This document shows, one piece after another, positions 36,318 to 46,340 of a stretch of 64,000 bases of DNA. The position numbers and the translations under genes are program-made. The notes below the pieces were generated by a model. The model was not told the origin of the DNA and did not search any database. It worked only from the letters and a program-made list of their open reading frames with translations. Positions within the stretch are counted from its first letter, which is position 1; each line of letters opens with the position of its first letter. This DNA is from Saprolegnia diclina VS20 (Eukaryota), in the NCBI RefSeq assembly GCF_000281045.1, contig NW_008246078.1:586823-650822 (forward strand). Reading direction: 5' to 3'.

Positions 36318-37466
36318 TTAGAGCGCTGAAAGCGTCGCATTCCAGTGGGTCCAAAGCCGCTGTGTGTTGTAGTCCTTGTGCTTCTTCTTTTGCACGAGCC
36401 AGGCGCCTTCAACGACACCGTTGAGAAGCTGCGCGACGCCGCCCTCAGGTCCAATCGGAATCATGAGGCCTTCTGTCGGGCCTGCGTCAAATGCACCGAC
36501 GGGGGTTCCGTGGAGTATCTTCTGGACTAAGCTTGCGGCTAAGAATTCGGCTTGGTCGCCAGCAATGTGCGCTGTCTTTGGTGACGGGTGGTTGCTCGCG
36601 TCGCCAATGACAAAGATGTTGGTGTAGCGGTCATCGTCGAGCTGCATTGAGGGCTTGACTTTGATGCCGGCCGGCGTCACCAGATCGGGATCCAGTTGCG
36701 CGATCAGATCTGTGTTTGGGGCCATGCCCGCACAGAGGAGCTGGACATCGGTTGTGAGCACCGTGCCTCTCGAGAGGAGTGTCGTTTGCCGCGTGTACGA
36801 CTGAGCTCGGAGCGGTTCGACCGGGCGCTCGCCCAAGACGACGCGCACACCAATGGCTTCCAGCGCCTCTTTCAGCCGACAGCGAAACTCGGGCGTCATT
36901 TTCGCACCAGCGACCAAGTGTTCGTGGCCGTCAACCAGAGTGACTTGAGTCGTCGGGTAGGCGACGGCGATCTCACCGGCAACTTCGCACCCGACGCTGC
37001 CGCCCCCGACAACGAGCACACTGGACGCTTTGGCAATGTGGTCGTGGGCGTCGTAGATGGCGTTGGCGATGGCGTCGCGGCTGTAGACGTCACCGGGCAC
37101 CTTGATGGGCGCGGGGTAGCTGCTGCCCGTGGCAAGGACGAGGTAGTCGTAGTGCATTTGGTATGCGTGTCCGTCGAGCTGGCCGTCGACGAGAGGATGC
37201 ACCTGAACGCTGTCGCTCGAGATGACGTCAACGAGCCCATGCACGATGGTGGTGTACTGAGGCACGGCGCGGTCCGTGGGCACAAAGAGCTTGGGCACAA
37301 AGGCGCGTTCGACGAAAGCGCGAGGAATGGCATCGTGGTGGAACGTAAACGTGTTCTTGTCGATCACGGTGATTTCAGCTACGTGGGGTGGGAGCTCGGA
37401 CGCGAGCGCTTGGGCAAACTCAATGCCCGAGTAGCCACCGCCCACAACAATGATTGCCTGCACCAT
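36318..37466 (-). CDS. FAD-dependent pyridine nucleotide-disulfide oxidoreductase, AIFM2/FSP1/AMID-like
   Basis: Motifs IIVVGGGYSG, YDYLVLATGS, VLVVGGGSVGCEVAGEI and NIFVIGD. Confidence 0.92.
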   Translation of the reverse strand: MVQAIIVVGGGYSGIEFAQALASELPPHVAEITVIDKNTFTFHHDAIPRAFVERAFVPKLFVPTDRAVPQYTTIVHGLVDVISSDSVQVHPLVDGQLDGHAYQMHYDYLVLATGSSYPAPIKVPGDVYSRDAIANAIYDAHDHIAKASSVLVVGGGSVGCEVAGEIAVAYPTTQVTLVDGHEHLVAGAKMTPEFRCRLKEALEAIGVRVVLGERPVEPLRAQSYTRQTTLLSRGTVLTTDVQLLCAGMAPNTDLIAQLDPDLVTPAGIKVKPSMQLDDDRYTNIFVIGDASNHPSPKTAHIAGDQAEFLAASLVQKILHGTPVGAFDAGPTEGLMIPIGPEGGVAQLLNGVVEGAWLVQKKKHKDYNTQRLWTHWNATLSAL

Positions 37467-37894
37467 GGTCGATTGAACAATGCCTATAGTCGTTTCAAAA
37501 ATAGCAGCAACAGACGTTTGGAGTTGGACTGACCCGCTCAGTACAACCCTGGACGTGGTGACGAGCACATGCTATTCCACGAGTTATGACAAGGCGATAA
37601 CGGCGCGTAAGCACTTGTGTAAATTTTTCTCGGTGATTCAGAAGCTTGCGGGACCAGTGCGACTCGAGAGCGGTGCGGAAGATGGTGGTCTCAATGACCA
37701 TCATTCTTGAGTGGACCTTTGTGATGTAAAGGGTGAACCCTATTGGAGGTCGTGACAGTAGATTCTTCACTGTTAATTAGCTAGCGACGATGCACATGTT
37801 TCTAGCGACTTGCAGCCCCAAAGTCTTGTAGGCTGTATATATGTATTACTTGTTTGGAACGATTTGATAGGCAGAAATAAAGTTGAGGCCGTGA

Positions 37895-40800
37895 TCACGC
37901 CGAACCTTTGGGAATGGCCGTGCGCAACACGCCTTTGCGCTGATACGCCTCCACAAAGCTGAGCAGATCCGAGAAGATGGGCGTCGTTGGCTGAACGTCC
38001 TTGGGTTGCACCGCCGAGTACGCACCCTAAATGCGCACGTTGAAGCGAACGCCACGCAGCGGGTGGCCTCACGGATTCGAGGTGGTAGATGACGTTGTGC
38101 TTGATTTGCGGCTGGCCATCGACGATCTTGTCGATGAAGGACGCGCAATAGCTCTTTTGGTTGGCACTGTACCGGATCAAGAAGGCACCCGGCGTCCCCA
38201 CCTAAGTGCAGAGGATATTGTTATGATGTCATAGTAAACACGGTCGTACCCGCAAAAGCACGGCTTGCGACGCCCCGCGGTCCATATCGCCGTGGAAAAA
38301 ACTAGGAACGCGGACGATAAAGATGCGTGCGACTAGTCTTCGCACCTCTCGAGCCCCGACTGCCGCAACGTGATAAGGCGACGTGCGAGCTGAAACTTTT
38401 CATCGGTCGAGAAATTCTGCATGCAACGAATGCTGTCCTCCGTGTTGGCTTCCTGCACGCAACTCGACTTGATGCTTGGAGCATGAAGTGGCGGTTCGTA
38501 CCCGCAGGTGGTTGAGTGCGTGGCGGATGATGTAGATCGGTCCGCGGTTTTGATCGACGACGTCGGGCCCGCTGCTTGGCTCGAGCTCAAAGCTACTTGA
38601 CGATCAACCATCGACCAAGATAGTCGTGTCAGTGTACTTGATGTTGGAGACGTCCGTGGTCGCCTTGAGTACCGTACTGTACTCCTTCCAGGCCCAGAGA
38701 CCGATGCGCTCATGGCCGTGCCTACAGATGCCAATGCATTTGAAAAACTACGTGCGCAGACGTAACGTACTCGACGCGGGCAAAGAAGGGCCCGGCTGCG
38801 TTGCTGTCTTGAAGCCACTCGAGCACGGACGTATGGAACGGCTTGAGCACGTTCGAGTCGGTGACGTACAGCAGGGACTTGAAGCTTGCGAGCATTTCAT
38901 GCTGGACGTACGACTAGCGAGATGCCATGAATAACGTTCGAATTGCTTGGACGAAAACAAGAACTTACGTCCCACTGCATGATCGCGCGGAGCATGTCCA
39001 GCGTCAATGGCTCGTACGCAGCGCAGAGCACCTCTAGGAGCGGCCGAATGTGTTCCTAGACCTCATGAAGACAATATGTCCACAAAGGATGCGACACCTT
39101 GTAGTGCTCGGGCGTAAACTGGCTCTCGAAAAACTGGCGCAAGTAGCCGCCCATGCCGGTCGGGAAGCCCTCCAAGTGGTCGAGCGTCAGTCGATGCTGC
39201 GACAACGCGTGGACAATGTGGCTCGCGTATAAGAAAAGTCCTATGCGCAGAAGCAGGTCACGATGAGTCGTTGCATCGCGTTCTACCTTCGGCGCGCCCC
39301 GCAATGAACTGCAGCGTCGCTTCCGGCACGACGCCCCCCGTGGACTAGACACATGATGATAGTATGCGTTGCATGGTTGACACGATGACGAACGCTGGGA
39401 AGGTAGGGGACGAGCGCCCTCTGGAGGTAGTTCATAATGTCTTGCCGAGAGTTGTCGACACATTTGTCGAGCGCAATTTGGGGCGTAAACCTACAGATGC
39501 AATAGCATTTGAACAAAAGGATGGTGTAGAGTGGTGTACCCTTGGAGCTTGCGCATGACGACGGGATCTTCGCGGCTCGTCAAGATGACACGCACCCACG
39601 ACGGCAGCTTTTGCAAGAGCCCTGGCAGCGCTGAGACGAGGCAGTTGTCCGTCTCTTGCGTATCTTCGAGCGAATCGAGGCCATCAAGAAGGATGACCTA
39701 GCATTGTCTTTGGATCACAATATCCATTCGATATATTGACGTATACCAAGGGTGTCGTTGCTGGCTCGGCAATCGCACTCAATGGCGCGACGAGCAAGAT
39801 ATCGAGGAGCTCGACAACGGTCGAGACCGGCACGACTTCTTCCAGCGGACTTCCTTGCCTATTCCATGGTATAAGACATAGTGTTTACTCGCTGGGAATG
39901 GACTATCGAGATCCCGTACTGGAGGAATGACGCGTATTCCGGTAGCTGCGTCGTGAGCTGGTACGCCAAGCTCAAGATGCACCGGCGGTGGCTCTGCGTC
40001 TGTTCGTCTTCCTTGCAGACGAGATGAAAGGCTCGGATTTCAGGGCGGCTCTGTATGATGTACGCGGCCAACGCGCTTTTGCCCGTCCCGATTTGCCCTA
40101 GGACAGAGTGTTTCCATGTATTCACCAATGACGTACTATATATTGTACCCGTGATCCAAAACACTTGGTCGTGTGTTTGCTTCCATTGGTCGAGCTGGTG
40201 CAAAACCCACTCGCGGCCGGCAAAGCCTTGCGTGTACTTGCTAATCTGGACAAAAAATGTCCATAATTTTCATGAGAATTCATGAAATGGTACTTGGTTT
40301 TGGAAAGAAAAGGGCGAAAAGATGCTGAAGAGACGAGCTTGAAGCCCATCGTGATCGAGTTTGCCACGCAGCGCCGTCGCGATCTGTGCGAGCCGTTGCG
40401 GGTACTTGGCGTCGTTGACACCGTTGACGCCGTTGACGTCGATAAGACAGTCGGAGAGGTCGAGCCACTGGATGCGGCAAATGCTCAACGGGATTTCGCA
40501 CTGCCGAATCATGAGCGGGACAAAGCCCACGTTGGACGACATGGCCGCGGAAATATCGTTCAAGCACACGCCTGACCATGCCTCGTTAGTCGTTTCCTGC
40601 ATAGTGCAAGCAAGAGAATAGAAAATTCGACTCTACCATGGGGACGACCGACGCTTTGTGGCGTCAGAAACAAGATCATTTTGCCCGTTTCTGCCCACGT
40701 GATGGCGTCGCGGCGTGCGTGGGGCAGCAGCGGCGACGGCGCACAGTGCGCGTGAATAAGAAACCCTAGTGTACGAATGCGTCAAGTAAAGGACAATATT

Positions 40801-42051
40801 GTGTACAGCGCATCTCCGGATACCTTCGGCGGTCAAGTCGGCGTGGAGCTTCATTGCCAAGGGCGCGCTCGTGGCGTCAAAGACAAACACATACCTAGCG
40901 GTTGCAATCGTTCAACATCAATGCGATCAGATAGCAAGGGAACTGTACTTGGTCGACTCGGCCGGCGAAGCGCCCCGGGGCTCGTCGGCGGGCACGAGCG
41001 GCGTGCCAAACCCCGACCCGCGGTGCTTGGGCGTCTCCCGGAACGACTGTTCCGACGGGTTTGCGTGTTTGGGCGATAAGATCTTGCGGTACGTCGGAAC
41101 GTGCCCGATCTTGGTGCTGTTGGCGTGCGCTTCAAAGAGCCCGAGGTTCTCGACCCCGGCGACGACCGTCACCATGTTATTGGTCATGCTGTCACACTAC
41201 GTTGCCACGTCATGGAACGGAAATAGTGTAAATGACAGCTACCATTTCGAGCAGCGAGAAGAGCTGGAGCGATTTGGCGTGGAACTGTGGCGAGTTCAAA
41301 CGCGAGTTGACGGCCGCAAGCCACTCGGGGCTCTTGCTGTCGAGCGTCTGCGCAATCTCGAGCGATGGCACGCAGTCTTGCATATCAAAATACGGCAGCA
41401 TGTTGATCGCTGGAGGCGGTTCGCTCTCGCAGACAAGCGTGGGAAAGATATGGAGCTTGAGTTGCGTCGCTGCCACAAGATGTGAGCTTGCTATTTGCAA
41501 CGGGAGCAGTAGGATACCTCGGGCAATCTCGTTGAGGCAGTAGCCGTCGGGACGGCGCAGCGCATGCGGCGTCATGAGCAGCAAGACCCGCCCGTTCTCT
41601 TGCGCTTCCTTGGCCCACGTCAAGCCATTCGCGATGCCTTCTTCCCAGTCGCATCCTATAAATCAAATACGCATGTTTCGGTCAAAGACTCGACTTGCGG
41701 GATACCTGGCGTGAGCTTCTCGACGTCCACCCATACCAAATGTCCGCGGGATTGTACTAGCGCAACATTCGGTCGGCCAAACATTCTTTATGCTCGTACA
41801 CTGGTCTTTGAGACGCATCGCGAGCTGCTGGTAGCGATCGTGGCCGTCTACACGCTTGGTAAGACAACAGGTTTCGGAACCATGAGCCGACAAGAGAGGA
41901 AGATGTGGAGCTTGGGCCGTTCGTAGATGGCCAACGTCGGCTGCGACGTCGGGTTCTTGGTGCTCGACACGTGCTCGCAGTCGCCGCAAACCACAAGCTC
42001 GCGCTGCAAGAGCATCATCGTGTTGGTGCCGTGGCACTGATCGCACGGCAT
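37895..42051 (-). CDS. NLR-like STAND protein: CxxC..CxxC N-terminus, TIR, TIR, NACHT-type NTPase, helical region, SH2; many introns (5' end may extend to ~42390)
   Basis: TIR1: IFLS/YGHD..VWVD..DWEEGI..LLLMTPHALRRPDGYCLNEI. TIR2: GVCLNDISAA..FVPLMIRQCEIPLSICRIQWLD. Walker A G/QIGTGKS and Walker B VILLDGLD. PFHTSVLEWL follows. SH2: FFHGDMDR..GTPGAFLIRYS..IKHNVI..FSDLLSFVEAY. Confidence 0.85.
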
Positions 42052-42764
42052 CTTCTTCACAACAGCACCGTTTCGCGACTACTGGCTTGTGTGCGGTGGA
42101 ACCAGTATGACGTGGCAGCCGGACACGCGTTTATGGAACATTTCCACTCAAGTGCGTTGGTTGGCCGTCTCGTCTGTTGGAAAGATCCACGCCCTGCCTT
42201 CGTGGCTCTACTGACTATGTGATGCTTGCACGACGGACCTGCATCTGCAGTATCCGTTGCCGTCAAGTTCAAAGTTGGTGCCGGCGCCGACTTTACGAGC
42301 CAACCACCTGCCCATTGACCCTAATCCCCTTATTCCTTTTACTTAAAAACAAAAAAACTACAGTAGTGTCGATGCGAGGCCATCGTCGCATGTTCACTTC
42401 CTCCTGCCACCGCGAGCTGTGCTCACTCGCGCCAATATCCCGTCGAACCTTTGCACGCGTCGTTGGATTGGTCTAAATATATCTCCAAGCGACCAATCCA
42501 CAAGCTCCAACGGTACGATTTCAGCCACTCGCATCGCGTCATGGATTCGACCAATCCGAGGCGCTAAAACGTATTTAATGACCTGCACAACTCTCTTTTA
42601 ATCCCCGACACTTGAATTAAATGCATATTGATAGCGAAACGGTATGGTATTCTAAATTATTTAAAATAAAATGCAAAAAAAGAAGCACCGAGATGCAATA
42701 AAATTGGCGTCACCACTGACTTGTGGCGTCAAGTATTCGTGGTCTGGACATCTCGACGACAGTC

Positions 42765-42983
42765 ATGCCGTACCAAGTGCTGCCGGGCCTCGCCATCATC
42801 ACGGGCATGTTCACGATCTCGGGCCTCGCGATCGGCGGCGTCAACCGCTGGTACGCCCGCGGGACGCAGAAGAAGCTCATCCTGCGCGACGACTGGGACC
42901 GCGCCCTCGACGCCCGTGACATGCGGTTAAAGGATCGGATCCAGTGGGAAGAGAAGCTCAAGGCAGAAGGCAAGTGGCACTAA
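42765..42983 (+). CDS. NDUFA1: NADH dehydrogenase 1 alpha subcomplex subunit 1 (MWFE)
   Basis: MPYQVLPGLAIITGM..RDDWDRALDARDMRL: single N-terminal TM plus the W...M/L..RD.RL motif. 72 aa. Confidence 0.85.
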   Translation: MPYQVLPGLAIITGMFTISGLAIGGVNRWYARGTQKKLILRDDWDRALDARDMRLKDRIQWEEKLKAEGKWH

Positions 42984-43597
42984 GCCACACGATCGCCGCC
43001 GCCGCCATCCACGCATGCAATGCCAGTGATGCGCTTGATATAACACCCTCCAACAATACAGTCTTCCCCGGTACCCGCGCCCATGACGCCACGTTGGGCT
43101 AACGCCATTGCCGCCGCAAGTGGACGACCGCAGTAGGGCGCAGGTGATATGTACGAATGGCCATGGCATGCAGCCAGCGTGCCATGGGCTGTGGCCGACG
43201 TGGTGTGGGCAGTGGGCGCCGTGCCATGGCTGTGGGCTCCGTCGCGACGCCACATGGGCGGTCCTCGACGAAGCGCTGGCATGAGCCGCATGGCAGTCAC
43301 GCTGTTGACTTTGTCTTGGAGATGGCGTGAAGCGTGATGTCTGGCCAGATAGCTCGCGCTGGCTGACGACGACAAGATGGCCATCACGGCAGGGGCAACG
43401 CGACATGCAGACCATGAGAATTAGGACGAACACACTCTTGTTGTATTTCATCGTTGGTTACGAAAGGCCATTGCATGCCTCATGCTCAGTGGCACGACGC
43501 ACGAGGAAGCCCTTTCACTCACTCACTTTTCCCGTCCAGCGAGTCAAAGCAAATAAATAAGCGCACGCCTTCCGCCCATGCTGCGTCGGTCGCCGGT

Positions 43598-44053
43598 TTA
43601 CGCCTGCTTCGTGGGGCAGTCACGCGCCCAGTGGCCCGACTCGTTGCAGTGGTAGCACTTGTCGGTCGTCGCGTCGTTGCCTTCGGGGCAGTCGCGACGC
43701 AAGTGGCCGGAACCGCCGCAGTTGTGGCACTTGCGCGTGTCTTGGAGCTCCTTCGGGCAATCGTTGCGCACGTGACCCGTCTCGCCGCAGTTGAAGCACG
43801 CGCGCGGGCGCTCGGCTTCGGGGCAGTCGCGGCGCAAATGGTCGGTGCCGCCGCAGTTGTGGCACGCACGCACCGAGTGCGCGCTCGTCGGGCAGTCGCG
43901 CTTCAGATGGCCGGGCTTGTTGCACCCATAGCACGTAGCGTTGCCGCGCGGGGCCGAGCCGCCGCCCGTAGGGCAGTCGCGGCGCTGGTGGCCGACCTCG
44001 CCGCAGCCGTAGCACGCGCGCGGCGCAGGCGTCGATTCTGTCGTAGCGTCCAT
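43598..44053 (-). CDS. CNBP/GIS2-like cellular nucleic-acid-binding protein, six CCHC zinc knuckles
   Basis: Six C-x2-C-x4-H-x4-C knuckles, e.g. CYGCGEVGHQRRDC and CFNCGETGHVRNDC. Confidence 0.93.
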   Translation of the reverse strand: MDATTESTPAPRACYGCGEVGHQRRDCPTGGGSAPRGNATCYGCNKPGHLKRDCPTSAHSVRACHNCGGTDHLRRDCPEAERPRACFNCGETGHVRNDCPKELQDTRKCHNCGGSGHLRRDCPEGNDATTDKCYHCNESGHWARDCPTKQA

Positions 44054-44624
44054 GCTGGTCCAAACGAAGATATTGCAAATGACCTTGCTTTCGTCGAAGC
44101 TAGTCCGGATACGTATCCGGATACGGGTAGGGCACCAACCAAATGGTGATCCGGATACGCAGCAAAGATCGCGCGGTTGAACCGTGGACCACGTCGACAA
44201 AACTTCAACCGAAGCCCCAACCGCACGCCAGAGTCGACGCAAGCCATACGAGATAGCTGCTAGACTAGACTATCGACTGCATAGCTCTGCGGCAAAAGGG
44301 CAGACGATATTGTATGGCGCACCGGTTCCCACCCAATGGGCTAGAGTACCATAAAAAATGCATGCCGACTCGAAGCCGGTCCTGTTCTAGTTCATTCACG
44401 TCAGAAAGTTGAGCCAAATGAAGGGAATCTGAAGGAACCGAAGTCTTCGCGGAGGCGTCGAAGGAATGAAGATTTTTACCAGTGTACCTTCCCACTCGCC
44501 GCAATATGCGTCGACACGGCAGTTGGTGAACCGGTGGAGCGAAGACCCAATGACCTCTTTGCTCAATACATGCGTAATAATGGTTACTTTTTTACTGGCT
44601 CAACATTGTTACCGCTGCGTACGT

Positions 44625-45207
44625 ATATATATGAACGCGTTTCGCGTTATCTTCATAGTTACACAAAGACTTCGCATACGTAGAGACTAGCAATCTCCTT
44701 CTTCTTCATTCGCTCGCCGGTCCGTGGCTGCGCAGGCGGCGGCGCGGGGGCTCGTCTGGCTCTTCTGTCGTCGCCCTACGACGCTTGTGGCCGCGGGTGA
44801 GGCCCGTGACGACACGGTCGGTCAAATCTTTCCAGGCGTCGCGGTCGGCGGCGTGTTGCAGCCCGACGACACAGCAGAACCGCTCGACCAGCTCATCACA
44901 CCCGAAGAACTTCACGCCGCCATCAAGACGCTCCACAACAACCGTGCCTGCGGCCCCGACAACATGCCGGCCGAAATCCTCAAGGCCGTTGCCGACCTCG
45001 TCGCCATGCCGCTCGCCCAACTGCTCAACGAAGGTCTCACCACAGGACGGCCCATCCAGCTCGGCGCTGATCTGCCTGCCCAAGCCCAACAAGCCGCAAG
45101 GCGTGTGCTCGAGCCTCCGCCCGATCGTGCTGCTCAACTGCATCCGCAAGGCCGTCTCTGTGATGGTGCTCAAGCGGATCCAGAAGAAACTCGATGCGCA
45201 GATCGGA
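44625..45207 (-). mobile_element. 5'-truncated RTE-type LINE derivative, copy 1: 3' end plus inverted RT fragment, 12-bp TSD
   Basis: TSD cgctgcgtacgt at 44613-44624 and 45208-45219, with a (TA)n tail at left. Minus-strand ORF end AADRDAWKDL...GPASE*. Plus-strand RT domain 0-2 fragment ITPEELHAAIKTLHNNRACGPDNMPAEILK..LPKPNK..SLRPIVLL, carrying an 8-nt deletion relative to copy 2. Confidence 0.88.
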
Positions 45208-45297
45208 CGCTGCGTACGTGGACTAGGAAATACGTTCTGTGCCCTAAACTCGTTATTGCATTATGGCGTTGATCGGCACGTGCATTTGATGGCGGTA

Positions 45298-45778
45298 TTA
45301 GTCGCGCTCCCGAACAATGGCCAGACCACGGGCGTTGAGCTCCTGGTCCCATCTACATTGCATATTGGCATACGACACATGGAACATGTCGGAGAAATGA
45401 GATCTTACTCCATGTAGCACTTTGCGTAGTAGTGGCGAATCCGCTCGGAGCGCACGGCCAAGAGCTCGCGGTTCGCGAGCTCCATTTCTTCTTGAATCCT
45501 AGCATTCAGATTCGGATTCAGATTCCGATATAGCAAAGAGGAGCAAAATACTTTTTGTCGGTGCGCGAGCGCTGGTTGACCATGCCCCGCTTACCCTGGC
45601 GGTCCTCCCAGACGGCGCGGCCTTTGAGGTGGTCGGACGCCTTGACGTGCTGCACGGCGTTGTGAAGCTGGTCCTCGCGCACAATGAACATCTCGACGTT
45701 GCGCCCGAGCTTCTTCTTCCCAAACGGCTCGCTTGCCTCGCTCCGCTTGGCCAAGCCCGCGGCCGGTCGCATGGCCAT
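45298..45778 (-). CDS. CFAP141/C1orf189-like flagellar protein, 3 exons
   Basis: Spliced product ..KGRAVWED..RIQEEMELANRELLAVRSERIRHYYAKCYMEWDQELNARGLAIVRERD* matches my recollection of the CFAP141 C-terminal pattern. GT-AG introns at about 45499-45551 and 45354-45408. Confidence 0.7.
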
Positions 45779-46340
45779 ATTTCCGGAATCCGCGAAATCG
45801 GTTTTGTCGACAACGGCCGCGAAGTTGATAAATTGATACTATCGCCCATTCCAGACGATAGGACCGATACGACCCAAGTACTAGTACATTTTACGATTTG
45901 ACAGCACTACTAGTATCCAGGCCAATGCTCGATGAGAGCGACGAGGTACTAGTATTAGCGCGATCGTTCTACCCCTCCACAACTCTGGATTCGGCTTGCC
46001 ATCGCATACAACCTGGCCGACGTCACATTGTGTTCGGCAAAGTAAGGCAGTGGCGACGATCTTCCAAGGCCGTGCACAGTTATGTGCTTCCTGCCTCTCT
46101 GTGGCTGTGGCCAGCAAGATAGAAGATCGTAGCGCCGATTTTGCATTTGGTGAGAGAGGCATAGCATCTCCTTCATATACTGGCCGATGCTCCTTGAGGG
46201 CATTGCGAAATGAGGCATTTGTGTCGACGCCGTCGTACTGCTGCAGGCTCATGGCGTCCACAAAAATAAGAGCTTTTTGGTGCGCGTATTGATGCAACTA
46301 CGCGTGTATGGGTTGCATCCGAGGCTATTTTGTAAATCGC

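Noticed and set aside
42980..43451. His/Pro/Gly-rich minus-strand ORFs between NDUFA1 and the CNBP-like gene
   Set aside because: Two competing frames, neither with a recognisable motif or clear codon bias.
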